Of a stretch of 64,000 bases of DNA, positions 39,222 through 54,100 are shown piece by piece. Position numbers and translations under genes: made by a program. The notes beneath the pieces are model-generated. The model did no database searches. It was given only the letters and a program-made list of their open reading frames with translations, and was not told where the DNA came from. Where the stretch lies: positions 1,617,554-1,681,553 of the forward strand of contig CM119266.1 of NCBI GenBank assembly GCA_051294375.1, given 5' to 3'. The first letter of the stretch is position 1. Each line of letters begins with the position of its first letter. This stretch comes from Paraspadella gotoi (lineage: Eukaryota; Animalia; Chaetognatha).

Positions 39222-40684
39222 NNNNNNNNNNNNNNNNNNNNNNNNNNNNNNNNNNNNNNNNNNNNNNNNNNNNNNNNNNNNNNNNNNNNNNNNNNNNNNN
39301 NNNNNNNNNNNNNNNNNNNNTTCTTGGTTTTTGTAAACATTAAGTAAATCCAATTACGTTTGTTGCAAACAAAATTACGTAGAAAATATTTTACCTTCCG
39401 GATCGAGATATTGAAAGTTGACGTTGAACTCCCATTGAAGATCGTGATTGGGGCTCTCTGAGCACTCCTAATGAAAACCATTGGAGATGATTTAATTTTA
39501 GTAACTTGTTTAAGTAAACTTAAGTATGATTTTGTTTATAACTTAAAACTTAGGCAATGATTTAGTCTACTTTAGCTGGGTCTGTCCTATTATATAATTC
39601 TCGGTATAATAAAAAGTGTTTTTTTTAGTATCTCTTCATACTGTTTCTCAGTATCTCAGATAATATTTTTAGCATCTCATGAGAACAGTGAATTAATTCA
39701 GCGATTGATTTGATCTCATTCAAACTGCCCTCTCGCTTTCCTACCGGGCAGAAAGACGCTTCCATTGTCCGACAAAACTTCGGGAGGAAGGTCCTTCTTC
39801 TTTTTCTTCGATTTCACCCAAAATTTGAGGAAAGACATCGCGGGTTCTCGGCTCTTAAGGCGTCGTCGTCGTTATTTCCGAGAAATGTTTTTAAATCCGC
39901 GATCGTGAAATAAGTTACATCTCTCCATTACCGGGTTGTAATTTGTTTTAATGTATGTAGTTCAGGTTGGATTATAGTTTTAAATCAGAATTTTGGAATG
40001 GATTTCTTGTTTAGTTTTTATGCAGTCCAGTTCGTAACCTGCAAAAAAAAAGTTAGATTTAGAATATTTGCATTGTGTAAATACTTGGGACAAAAAATTG
40101 TTATATCTTTTATCACTAAGGTTTCTTCCGTGGCGTCGCTATTGCCATTTAAATACGTTTTAATTCGTGAAAAAAAAATTAACTTTTTGAAATATATTGT
40201 TTTGTCTAACAAACAACCATTAAGGCCGAGACGCCTTCAGTTATTAAGGTACAAAGGTTAAAGTTTACGGAAAACAACGCGAAATATTAAGAATTCCGAT
40301 CGAAAGAAGCGAAGTGACTTTTGAAAAGCGGACTCGTGATATTCGCCATTTAATCATTGGATTCATAGTTAGGTTGCCCCAATTTTTGACAAATCTATTT
40401 TAAATTTATTTAAACTTCTAGTTAAACCTAAATACATATTATCTTACTTTAAAACAAATATTCTTTTTTTTTTTGTTAAGATCTGTATTGCCTGGGGTTC
40501 GAACCACCGACTTGAGGGAAAAAGAAATAAAGTAAATTAATTGAATAAACAAATCGATAAAATTTTTCGCCGACGGAAACCAAATCCTAGAATTCTATTC
40601 GATTATTGAGAAAAGAAGAAATTAAATAATCAAAATTGAATTAAGTTTGAATTTACAACAAAGTTATCGCGGAAGTTTTATTTC

Positions 40685-40729
<45 letters not shown>

Positions 40730-41766
40730 CTTGTTGTTGCGGCAGAGAGTGAGTGAGTCATTTTCAGGTGAGGTGAGGCGAAGAGAATCCAGGTGAGGTA
40801 GAGTTGAGCTGAAGTGAGGTGAGGTAATCTTTCTTGTAAGTTTGGACGATATATATTTTTTTTGGGCACAAATTGAAAGGAAAACAGAATGTAAAAGGCC
40901 AAATTGGAAAGATAAAACGTAATATCATTTCGTAATATGTTAAAAATTAAAAAAAAAAGATTTCGAGTCCAACCATTTGAACAATCTTGAATCAACTTTG
41001 GCTGCCGTATCTTTTTAAGGGAATTCCAATGATAATAATCGTGGATAAAACTTTGGATAGACCAGAAGATAAAATAAAGAATAAAATCATTTATAAAATA
41101 AGGATAAAACAAGAATAAATCAAAGGATAAAATGGGAATAAAAAAGCGGATGAAACATGTCCGCTTTTTCATTGTTAAAAAATCGTTGTTAGCAACAAAT
41201 AAAAACTTTTTCTCTTAATCATAACGCCAAGGGAAAAAAAGACGAAACACAAAATAAATGTTAAAACAATGGATAAAACAGTAAAATAAAAGGCAGGGAA
41301 AAAAGGAAGATAAAAGATAAAACAGAGGTTAAAACCAAGAATTAAACAAAATAAACTTTTAATCGAGGATAAATGCCCGGTTTTTTGACCCAGTGATTTT
41401 ATTATTTTTTTGACTTCGTCGAAGTTCGGATCAAAAAATGTGACGTCGGTGGCGAAAGAAAATTCTTCTGCTTTGAAGTTTGAAGCAGAATCTGTTTCGA
41501 TTTTGGCGTCGACGTCGTCGTCGTCGTCGTTGTTGTTCTTGTCTTTTTTCTGATTTACGAGTTTTCGACATTTAGATATTTACTTTAAAATAGTATTGAG
41601 ATTCATGAATTAGTTTTAAATTTTCAATTGGAGAAAATGTATAGCATTAAATTTAGGATTTAGTAGATTTTTCCTAATAAATACCTTACAAATCTATCAA
41701 TAAATTAAGCTCATTCTCCATAGAGTAATTCATCAATACTTCCAAATTTAGTAAAGATTACGAATA

Positions 41767-41861
41767 TCCGTGGGCATGGGTTTCGAACCCGACAGCCATC
41801 ATCCCACTTGACTTGGCCTTAAAGACCACGCCAATCCGGCCGCTCAGCCGGCGCCGACGGA
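41767..41861 (-). pseudogene. Degenerate type-II tRNA-like sequence (Leu/Ser-derived)
   Basis: A-box-like GGCTGAGCGG, B box GGTTCGAAACCC, long variable arm and acceptor-like pairing TCCGTCGGC/GCCCACGGA. The anticodon region GTCTTTAAGG is irregular. Confidence 0.5.
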
Positions 41862-42052
41862 GGTGACGACCAAGTAATACCAGTTTCTGAAGTTTCTCTC
41901 TTGAGCTTAAAGAAACGAGTAGATCTTGGGTAAGCGAGGAAGGTATTAAAAAAGAAAGAAAGAAAAAAATAATGGAAGTACGATAAGAATATATTGAAAA
42001 GAAGAGGGAATTTTTAAGAAAGAAAAAAGAGAAAAAAGAATTTGAAAGAAAA

Positions 42053-42092
<40 letters not shown>

Positions 42093-42301
42093 AAAAAGAA
42101 AGAAAGAAAGAAAAAGAAAGAAAGAAAGAAAGAATTAAATAGAGAAAGAAAAGAAACAAAACAAAAAAAAAACCAAAGCGGAATCGAAAAGATTCGCATT
42201 TCGTTACGAAAAAGAAAGTTTGAGGAAAAATAAAAGACTTTGTCAGGTTTTGACTTTCACCGCCGCGCCTCGAACAAACAATGAAGGAAGGGTTAAGAAA
42301 G

Positions 42302-42393
<92 letters not shown>

Positions 42394-45240
42394 GCAAAAA
42401 AGAAAAACAGAAAGAAAGAGACGCGAAAGTAAAGGAAACGAAAAGTGAAAGTAAAGGAAAAGAAAAGGAAAAGAAAAGGAAAAGGGCGACGTCATCTCTT
42501 TTAACCATTTTTCCATTTTCTTTCGTCATAGTTTAATAGTCTTGGTATTGTTATGTATGTTTTTTTTTCTCCGAAAAGGTTCTTTCCTCCCACAGGAACT
42601 TAGTTAACAAAGCTTTCATTGTTATTGCCCGCAGAACGTTATTCTTTTTCAAAGTTATTCACTGACGTTCTGCTTGGTTTGCACGATTTATTCACGAATG
42701 GAATATTATTTATTTCTTGATGTTTTTTCAAACTAATTTTAATTAAATAATAACGACATTCCTTTACAGGACGTTCCCCATGTTTTCCCCCGAAACCATC
42801 CCCCAGTCCCCAGCCTCTCTTCCCTCAACCGCAAAGAATTAGAAGAAGGATCAAATATTCTTTCTTTCAAAATTCAAAAAGGTGCGTCGAAAAACGAAAC
42901 GAAGAAAGAAACGAAGAAAGAAGAAACGAAGAAAGAAAAACGAAACGAAGAAAGAAACGAAGAAAGAAGAAACGAAGAAAGAAAAACGAAACGAAGAAAG
43001 AAACGAAGAAAGAAAAACAAAACGAAGAAAGACAATTCGATCTCAATTGAGTTCGTCTCAGTTTTTTTATTCAATCTTCTCTTCTGTGTAGTTTAAAAAA
43101 ATATTCAAGGAATTTAATTTTAGGTTTTTTAAATATGTCTCTTACGTCCATTGTTGCCTTACATTTTAACTAATTGATGTAATTGTAACAAAAATAACCA
43201 TTTACATTAGCTCCGGGCAATTTAAAAAAAGACCAAAATCCTGTTTTATTGTATTTTTTTTTTTACGAACGACGACGGGAGACTAGAGTCGACGCAAAAG
43301 TTTTCACTGTAGAGGGCGTTGGAACAAAAAGGACCTCGATCGAGGGCGGTGACCGATAGAAAGAAAAGCAAATCCGAAAGAGGGCGTTTTATGAAAACAA
43401 AAATAAAAGTGATAGGTTATATGTGCATCGGAATAAAAAAAAAATGTTTCCGATCGAAGAGAAAACAAAAGATTAAAAATGGATTGTGAGTCAAATCAAA
43501 TCAAAAGTAAAGACTAAAGTATCGGCGGTTATTGATTTCTGTCGAGAAAACGCAATCGTTGAAACAGTTTTCAATGCAAGAGGAAGAAATGTTTTCTTCG
43601 TTTTGCATTAAAATACATTGTTTAATGTTTATTTCGTCGCTGTAGAGACCGCCCCTGCTTCTGATTCTTTTCGATGTCATTGCTTTCGGCGGCCATTGCC
43701 TCTCGCTCCCAAAAGAAGTCCCCATTGCAGCATTTCTTGGCAACGAAACTTGGTGGCTGCGTCGGTTCGACGACTTGGCGACTGCACCTGCTACGGTGAC
43801 TGCATCTCTTGGCAAAAGGCCTCGCTCAGAGTTACGGGTGGAGGTGAGGAAGAGGAGGAAGAAGAGGAGGAGCTTGGTTGGATGACATGGTGGGTGAGGT
43901 TAGAAAGGGGAGGAGAGGAAGTGGTAAAGGTAGGTGGTTAGGTAGGTCAGTGGATGGTGGGTGAGGTGAGGTGAGGGAAGTGGAGTAAAAGTAAAAGTAG
44001 GTTGAGGTGAAGGCAGCAGTTGGCTGAGGTGAGTTGAGGATGTGAAGAAAAAGAGAAAAAAGTTTTGCCGCAAAAGGAAAAAAAAAGGGAAAAAAAGGAG
44101 AAAAAAAACTTGATGCCAAAATTGGGGCCGGGTCTCCCAAGGCAACCGAAGTTGTCGTCTTTCTCATCGTCGTTTCTGTCGTCGTCGTCATAGTCGTTGT
44201 CGTCGGCGGCGATTCTGGAAGGAGCGCATAACAAGTCTTCCGCCAACTGAGGAAATTTACGAAAAACCCAAAAAAATAATTAGAAGAAAGACAGAGAGAG
44301 AGAGTGAGAGAGAGTGAGAGTGAGAGTGCTAGTGACTATTAGATATCACTTTGACACCCTATCACAAAAATAAGGAAAAATAATGTATAAAATTTGAAAA
44401 GACAATCATATTTGTTTTCAGTATGTTCATTGTTCAGTTCAATTCTGAGCTGAGCGATTTTGTTGGCTTCTTCTACATTTAATAGAAGAGTTTTGACAAT
44501 TAATCTTAAATGTTATTATCATTACCAAAAGATTTACACCGGTCCGTCTGAGAAAACGGGTTTTTATCGACCGGAAATGGGAGAGAGACAGAGAAAGATA
44601 GAGAGGGAGAGACTATAATTGGTAATATCGATCGAAATAAAAAAAGACAAGTAGATCCAACTAGAAAAAGTGATAAACGTAAACCAGAACAATTTGTTAA
44701 CGCTTCTAAAGAGTGAAAAAAATTGGCATCAAATCATCAGGGCATCAGGAAGCCCTGCCAAGCTCATCGTATATTTCGTTTTTTTCTGTAAACGGATTAG
44801 GTATAAGTTTATAAGTTTTATGTAGGTTAAACATTAAATGATAAAATTAAATTCTGGGATAAACGAAAAGAAATGGGGCACTCTCGGAAAAGAGAGCCAA
44901 AATTGTAATAAAAAAAAGATAAAAGATGGAAAAAACAGGAAAAAAAGGGAAAAAAATGAAAAACGGAAGGGAAAATGTAAACAAAGGAAGGATAATTTCC
45001 CTGGGTTTAACGCGAGTGGGTCTGGCGTCTAGGGATGTCTTTTTTTTAGATTTTTTTTTCTCTTTGTTTCAATTTCGATTTTTGAGTTTTTTTGTTTGTT
45101 TTTTTGTTGATTTTAATTTAATTCTTAATTTCTGTGTGTGTGAGAGAGAAAGAGAATGTCTTCAACTTCTTTGTCCCTTTTTTGTTAGTCGCAGATGCTC
45201 TGTGATTTTTTTTGTGTTTTTTTTTTTTTGCCAAGGGTAG

Positions 45241-45310
<70 letters not shown>

Positions 45311-45999
45311 CATTCCCCAAATCCAAATTGATAAAAAAAATTTTTAAAAATTAGAAGAAAAATTAGAAGAAAAATAGAAAGATAAAAAACACTCAAAATG
45401 AATTGGATTTTGTAGTGACCTAATTTTCGATTGTTATAAAATTCCATAATAATTTTAAAAATGGCCTTTTTCTTTTTTACGTGTATTTAACATATAAGTT
45501 ATTAATAATATCTCCTTTGGACTTTCACTTAAGGTCGTTTTCGACTCTTACTTCTAAATCTGATTCGAGANNNNNNNNNNATCGAGAATCGAGGTCGAAT
45601 TAATTCAATTCGATTGTCATTCGATCCAAAAACTAACTGAGAGTGATATTACGTGACGTCGGCCGTGACGTTGAGCGTGACATCGAGCGTGACACTTGCT
45701 ATTTTCCCGTGACAACTGGCTCTCGAACTCGAAAGAGATTCTCGCGTAATAAACATTGAGAAAAAGTTTGTAGAGTCATCACATGCACTCTTTATATTAA
45801 TTATATACTATAAAAGAAAAAAAAATACTGCACTTGATCCCAAATTCGACGTTTTCTTAATCATTGAGAAAAAGGTTTTTTAAAAAAATTACGGTAACAG
45901 TTCCGTCAAGTTAAACGATGATGGACCGCCCTGGAAATACGATTCGAACTTACCTAAACTTATCTTTGTTTGAACCTTAAGTAAGCAGCTAATCAGATA

Positions 46000-46683
46000 A
46001 TTAGTCAATTAATAATTAATTAGTCAATTAATAATTAATTAATTAATTAATTAATTAATTAATTTTTATATTTTTTTTCTTTTCATAGTAAATGTAAATG
46101 CCCACGATGCAGATGATCGGATAACTATTTAATCAATTAATTGGATAATTAATTAATTTATTAATTAATTGCCTAATTAATTAATTATTATACTTATTAA
46201 TTAACTATTACAGGTTACATATGGTTACAGGTTACCAATGGCCGCTGATGAACCATTGGTGGATTTTCATCCACCATAACATTTACATTTAATACAAAAG
46301 TAAGAAGCATAATCAAATAGTGAAACAGCTTTTTTATATTTTCCATTTAAATTCCACTCGGACGATTCCATCGAAACTTGATTTCCAGCTCAAGCTCACA
46401 CTTCTTTACCCACACACAAAATTTCAAGTAAATCGACTCATCCGCTCATAAATAATTGGCGTTCATTGCTAAGTGGGGACGTACGGACGGACGTACAGAC
46501 AGACAGACAGATAGACGGACGGACGGACGGACGGACGGACATCATTTTTTTTTGATTATTTATCATAATTTGATGTTCTGACATGATCTCAGTGAATGAC
46601 CGACAAGATTTTGGGGGGGGATCGACGGAGCGACAAAGTGAATTAAAGAGCCGGAATCTGCTGTAAGAAAATCCGGCTAAAAA
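46000..46683 (-). mobile_element. HINE/DINE-1-like element, copy 3 (left boundary approximate)
   Basis: Same core (GACGATTCCATCGAAACTTGATTTCCAG), (GGAC)n and end GCCGGAATCTGC..ATCCGGCTAAAA as copies 1 and 2. Confidence 0.75.
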
Positions 46684-47137
46684 TCACTGATAATTCTCTT
46701 AGCAATAATTACCGTAACGAAATCCAGGAAAACAAACCGGTTTAGGATCTCGGCCGTAATTTCCCACCCAAAATAAAAAAGTTTTTTTCGACGTTGTAAT
46801 TCATTCGGCCGGATCGAGTTTTATAGACGCATATAACTGATCACGATTCGGAACCGAAGAAAAGACAAAATGATAAAAGAAAAACTAATGTCATCCAGAT
46901 GCGACGTCGATATATTCAGAGAAAAAAAATATTTTTTACCTTATAATTTTGTATGTATTCACGTAAAAGGGTATATGTTTCGTTGTCTACAATTATTTAA
47001 ATATGTAGAGCATCAACAAATTTTTAGATTAAGTCATTAATAGATGCGTGTGTTTCTGTTGTTTTGAGATTTAGAAAAGTTAGAAAGATGTTTACGCCAT
47101 GTTGACGCATGAAACTTTGTCCGCTTCCGTCTTTTTT

Positions 47138-47227
<90 letters not shown>

Positions 47228-48017
47228 GACGACGAGGACCGATTGATAAAGATCCGAAAATCCACAGAAAAATTGCGTCCGTCTCTTCGTTCGTGCGGAA
47301 CGAGAGGTTAAAGAAAGGCAAGAGAAAGAAAGATTCAAATTTTAAAGAAAGGCAGGAAAGATAAGAAAGATTAAGATTAAAGAAAGGAAGGGAAGAAAAG
47401 AAAATTTAAAAGAAAAGTAGAGAAAAAAGGAATAAAAGAAAGTCAGGAAAGAAATAAAAATTTGAAGAAAAGTTAAGCAAGAATAATTTTTTTAACAAAA
47501 AGTTCGAGGCAATGTCGACTATGTAGTTTACTTTATTTCAGACACGTTTTGATGGTAATGTGGTAATAAATGGAACAGTTTTTATCAGTACGTTTTTGTC
47601 GTTTTTTATTGAGACACTGATTTCAATGATGAGATATTATTTTTCACCTGACGACGACGACGACGACAAAAACAGGAATGTTTCCATTATGCGAAAAAAA
47701 GTTTTCCGTTCAACTTTCCAATCTTCAATTTAAATAAATCAATGATTGAAAGTTTAAATCGAAGAAATAATTTAAAAATACATTGAAAAACAAAATTTAA
47801 ATTGATATTCATAAACGGTGACGATCGTTGTGAATGAAAGACACGATGAAGACGACACGACAACGATGATGACAACAACAAGGCGTCCACCAGGAAAAAT
47901 TTTCCTCTCGTCGAACGAAAAGGTGATAAGTCGTGACTGCAGCAGCAGAGGGCGGCGATTGCTGCGGCGTAGGCTGCGGCGGCGGTCGAGTTGAGCGACG
48001 AGGACAACGACTATGAG

Positions 48018-48048
<31 letters not shown>

Positions 48049-48147
48049 ATGCGCACAAAAAAGTTTGCAATGATCTTATAAATCGGAACGACGCCCAGGG
48101 GTATGGCCTTTTATTTAATTTTATAAAAAAAGAAAATAGACAGAAAT

Positions 48148-48188
<41 letters not shown>

Positions 48189-48241
48189 AACAAATATAGA
48201 TAGATCTAGATAGATAGATAAATAGATATTTAGATATTTAA

Positions 48242-48278
<37 letters not shown>

Positions 48279-48316
48279 AACAAATATAGATAGATCTAGA
48301 TAGATAGATAGATATT

Positions 48317-48370
<54 letters not shown>

Positions 48371-48397
48371 TAGAGTTAGATGGATATAGATAGATAA
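48148..48397. repeat. (GATA)n microsatellite
   Basis: Direct inspection. Confidence 0.95.
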
Positions 48398-50652
48398 ATT
48401 CGAGGTACAAAAAAAAGGTTATCTGGACAAGTGGACCTTCGAAAAAAATGTTTTGGTTTTTCTCAAATTAAAACCAAAATGAATATCTTGAAAAGTTTTT
48501 CGGGTTTTTTTTTTTTTTTTTTTTTTTTATATTTTTTTTTTTAGGTTAAGTGAGATTTGGAACGGAGACAAGACAATGGCGAGAACTTGAAATTAAGATT
48601 TTTATTCTAAAAAAAGTAGGAGAAATATAATATTTTTATATTGGTTGTACCAATTTCATAGAATTAAAGAAAAAAAAAAAAGGAAAATGAGGGAAGTAAT
48701 GGCTGAAGGAAAAAAATATAAAAGTGATTGAGAACAAAATTTAAAAAAGTAATAACATTGAAGAGTAAATGAGTGGGGACAAGAAAGAATAAAAAATATA
48801 ATAAAATAAAAAAAAGGAAAGAAACGAATAAAGAAAATTAGAGAGAAAATAAAAGACAAAGTAAAAGAAAGAGGGTAAGTAAAATTGTCACCGAGTTCGG
48901 CCGATTCATGAAAAATGCGAAACGATGCCAAGACGCTACAGATGCAAACAGATGCCAACACTCTGCAGTTACAAACAGATGCCACCGGTCGAGTTGGTGT
49001 CACCGCCACCAACGCCACCGCCTCCGCCGCCTCCGCCGCCTCCGACCGACCTGGCGGCCAATTGCGTAATTAGTCCGAAAAGTAGAATGTTGAAAAATAA
49101 GGTAAGGGTTGTTGGAAAGATAATTTAGGTAATATCCTTTTAATGAATGTATGAATACATTATTTAATTTATCATTTAATTATTGAATAAAGTAAGGAAA
49201 ACAATAATGTTAATGTATGATTAAGAGGGGGAAGAAAAAGGTAATGAAGAAGAGTCAAACATGGATACAAATTTACAGATGAATGTATTTCTAGATTTAA
49301 GACTACATAGAGCTGACGGATCCCAACAGAAATTAAAAAGATTGAGGACAAAAATAAAAAAAGAAAGAAAGATTGAAATCAGAAAAAAAAAGAAAAAGTA
49401 GGAAAAGTGAAAAAAGTGACCCGTGAATTGCCAAGAAGAAACGAATCGGTGAAAGTTAAAAGGAAAAAATTTCCTAGACTTGATAATTAATTAATAAAGA
49501 TGAAATTTCGAATTTTTATTCGAAAGCTTTAGAATTCTAGACATTTGAACGTACATAGGTAGTAAAGTCATTTGGCAAGCTTAGGGTGAAACGTTAGTGA
49601 TTACTGGTCGCTAATCAGTAACAGGAGTTAAAACCTAAACGCTCGACGCTCGAACTTAAGTAGTAATTGGCCAATAAAGTTAAAGTTAAAGTTGCGTTTG
49701 ATTTAGAGACGAAATAATAACATTTTAATTGTTGTTGTTAACTATTAAAATGTTATTATTTCACCTATAAAAATTAAGCATAAAATTCGAATTTGATGAG
49801 TAATGGGATTTGATACCAAACTTAACTTACTAGTTTTCAACCCAGCACAGGACCTAGCAGGTAGCAACAACAGGCCAAAAGAATTGATTCTATCCCATCG
49901 TGGGAGAACAGGAAACAGTCAGAACTATAACAACAACAAAGTCACAAATAAATATTCGAAAATAGAAAAACAAAGAGGCGACGATGACACCCACGGCCAA
50001 AGTCGACCATGTAGAAGCGACGATGAAATTTCCAAAGTTTACTCAGATTTTTTTTGAACAATTTTGCAGACGTCATTTCGAAGGGCAGAGCGACAAAATG
50101 TCCTCAGAGATGACTTTCAAAAGTGAGAAAAGCACCTCAAACTGAAAATAATGTTAAATAATAGAAATTAATAAAACTTACATAAAAATTATCATTGTAT
50201 TCAATAAACATACCCCGTCTTTAAACTGGCAGTGATTTATGGTCTCCGTCCTACTTTCAAGATTTATTTAAGCACAAGTTTATTAATTTCTATTACGTAT
50301 TAACCCCACAATCTTTAAATTTAAATTTATTTACTTGTCCATTATCTATGTTAAAAGTTAAATGGCGCTGAAAGATTCCCCAAAATGACATATTGTGGGT
50401 CATATAAATTAATAAGTATAATAAAGGGTTTTCCTAATAGTCTCGGTTAATTTTTTCAGCCGAAAAAGTGAGTCGCTCTCGGGTTGGGCGGACTCACTGG
50501 ACTTTTTTTGTCTGTTGACTTTGAAAAGGTTTCGAAAGTGTGGAATCAGAAAGGAAAAGAAAAAACTAAAAAAGGAAAGAAAATTGGAAAGGAAGACGGG
50601 GAGAGAAAAAAGGGAGTCTTACGTCAAGGTGAGGAATTGAATTTTTTTTTCT

Positions 50653-50706
<54 letters not shown>

Positions 50707-51183
50707 CTAATTGTAAATTACTACGCTAAAATAACTTCGATTTGTGCTTTGATTTTTGTATTCTTTTATCATTAATACGTTTGCGATCCCTCAAATCCGA
50801 CTTGTGATACAGGAAAATATGGTACAGCCTTGTCAATAATTCAATTCGGTATCACATATGCGAAGAAAGTAATTAATCAATTTATTAACTCCCAAACCTG
50901 GTAACAAATATGTAATTGGTAGATACAGATGTGAGATTAAGAGCAAACGTTGCGAATCACGCCGAAAACGGTGTAAACTTGAAGATCTGTGTTGACTTCT
51001 TCTTAAAATTCAATGAACGGAATTCCTTGCTTCATTAACAAAAACAGCGAATACAACAAGATTGAACACAAATTGCGCGATTAAAGTTACCAAACGAACT
51101 CTTTCCAGTGTTTTTATTCAATATTTTACAAGTTTTTAAAAAATTAATTTTATCAACACTATCAAAGATAAAGACAAAACAAA

Positions 51184-54100
51184 ATGTCTCGAATGCGCGA
51201 AAACAAGAAAAACGCAAAAACTGCTCGGCAAATGCGGCAGCGCCACAGCGACGTCTTGATCGAGCTGCGCAAACTTCGACGTAGCGTCCAACTCCTCGAG
51301 CGTCGGAGCCTTTTTATTGAAGATATTGCCGAAGATTTGGTCGGCGAGCTACCCGACGATCCCGCGGAGATTAAGTTGGCGGCGGAGGCCAAAGAACCGC
51401 GGGCGTCTACTACGACAGCAGCTGGAGCGGAGGAAGCTCCGCCTATGGCGGTTGCAGTGGAGAAAGCTCTGCCTGAAGCGCCTGCAGTAGAGAAAGCTCC
51501 GCCCGAGGAATCTCCTGCAGAGGTTGCTGCGGTGGAGGAATCTCCAGCAGAGGTGGCTACAATGGAGGAGGCTCTGACGGCGATGGAGGAAGCTTCTTCA
51601 GAGGTGTCGGATGTTAATCTGGTGGAGGAAGCTTCATCAGAGGCAGCTTCGGTGGAGGAAGTTCCGGCGGCAGTAAGTCCGGTGGACTGCGCCTCTCCGG
51701 CTTCAACTGCGGCGGAAGCAAAGACTCGGGCTCAGAATCAGATGAAAAATAAAGTGGCTTTCGTGACCAGCTATCTTTGCACTACTAATGCTAAGCTGGT
51801 TCATCGTGGTATTCGAATGGCTCGTCTCACGATGACGCGGGAGAAGAGCGACTTTGTCCAAGAATTCCTCGCGAGGCAGAGCCTCAACCTGCTGGTCCGC
51901 TTTTTGCAGCCGGAGACTAGCATCGTACAGCAGGAAAGAGACCAAAGCCCACTAAACTCATTAAGGTTAGACTCGGCGAAAGCGTTGTTAACGATCGCGC
52001 TCGAGTCAAAGGAGGCGGCGGCGGCGGTGGCCGATGCCGGCGCCATACCGCGCCTCGTCCACTTTACGAGATGCTTCGGTCATGTCGAGGTCGAAGTCAT
52101 CCAGCAAGCCCTTATGACGATGGGCGTCATTGCTAAGGCAGGCCCCGACTATAGAGACATGGTTCTGCGGAGCGGCGCTTTGCCGCCGATGCTGGAGCTG
52201 TTGAAGACGAGCCATTGGGCAGGTAAAAAAATTCGGGTTGAGAATCCCGATAAAAATCCGGGTTATAGATTTTTATTCTAGAAGGCTTTTCTATAAAATA
52301 ATTAGTGAAAGATTAAATTTTACGTTCGCCTACTGGGATTATCGCTACTTACGAGTAGCAATTTCAAAAAAAATATTTCATAAAAATGATAAAAGTTGTT
52401 GTCTAACTACCCTAACCACCCCTAATCCTAGTCAGCCAATGTAAAATTAGCTAAATAATTTTATAATGGTTGTCCAAATTTTCTAACCAGTTTTTTATTT
52501 TTTTTTGTTTTTTAGTCGTATTCTCATAGACTTGGTATCAAAGTAACATTGTTTTCCTTATTTTGAACTACGCTGCGTTCGTAAGCCGCGAGCCGCTAAT
52601 TTGTCCCTGACCCGCTTTTAACCCTGACCCGCTTTTGTCCCTGAACCGCTTTTGACCCTACTATTTTAACAGCATTAATCAATCACATCGCCTTCGCTCT
52701 GCGTCGCCTCTGCATGCACGCGGAAAAGCCCCTCGACGTCGACCTCATAAAACCAGCCTTATGCATTCTCCTCTCCTTTCTCAAGTGTCCGGACCCCAGC
52801 ATACAGTTCCACGGCAGTCTCTCATTGGCCGAACTGTCGGAGATGGGGGAACCGGTCGTCGAGGCCCTCGTGAAGTCGCACGCGGTCCCAGCGCTCGTCC
52901 CCGGGCTGAACGGCGACAACCCGAGGCTGATGAGACCCTGCCTCGCAGCGCTGCGGAATATCGCGCGCGGTACGCAGAGCCAAGCGCAGGTATCTTTGTC
53001 AAGGTTTATCGTTATGAAATTGGTACAACCAATATAAAAATTATCCACCCATTCAACAAATAAGCCATCTTGCCCCTGACCTTGGACAGGCTCTGGTGGT
53101 TTAAGGCCTCCATCACTCTTACAAGATAATGACATAGCAGGTCCCTGCAAGCTTTCAATCAAGACTCTTTCACAGTCTCGTTTATTCACTCCCAGAGTAC
53201 CTGGCTTCCCTATCAATGAAGTGGAAAATATTTCAAAGAATGTTTCAATTGTATGAAATATAAAAATATGAAATATAATTATCTGGGTTTTTTCTTTCAT
53301 AATTCAACTGGTTCATTTCCTTTTTTTTATATCTTCCCGATTATTTCGGATTTTTTTCATTTTCTTTCCCCTTCTACTGATATTCTTTCTAGCTCGCTTA
53401 TTTACTTTTATCATTCACTCAATTCTATTATTTCCTCTTTCGACACCCAGGCCGTCGTCGACGCGTGCCCCTGGTCCCAACTCGGCTCACTGCTCCAGTA
53501 CGGAGACCCCTATATTCGGTACAGAGTGGCTTGGTTGATCGGCGACGCGCTTCGCTGGTTTGAAACCGAAGAAGAGTCCCTAGTCAATGCTGTTGCGGAT
53601 GGAAATCTGTTGACGCCTCTGACGATACTCGCTCGAAAAGGACTTGAATACGTAAGGACATCGGGGAATGGGGGGGGGGAGAAATAGGTAGTTTTAACTA
53701 ATTCGAATTGGGAGGCTGAAAGAAAAGAGGCTGAGGGGAGTTGCTCCTCAAGCAAACGAGGATGTTACATAGAATATTTATATTTATTTATTTCCGATAA
53801 AACTCGTTTCAAACCTTACGACCCAGATCAGATATCAACCCTTGATTCTTAATTTAGTATAGGACCTATTTATTTTTCTTTTTTTTTTCTAATCGCAGGT
53901 TCAGTCTGCGGCACTCAGAGCAATCTTCATCATTACCAACTATAAATCTCCTCAACTCGTCAAGAATTTCGATTTGAAGCTCGTCATTGACTATTGCAAT
54001 CTTCTCGACTGCAGCGGTCGCGATTCCAAGGTGAGGCTGCTTGGTTGAATCCGAAACTTAACTTTTAGAATAGTAATGTTTAAAATAGTTAATTTGCGCA

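Noticed and set aside
41758-43091. Phe/Leu/Ser or Lys/Glu/Arg ORFs
   Set aside because: Derived from (GA)n and (GAAA)n microsatellites.
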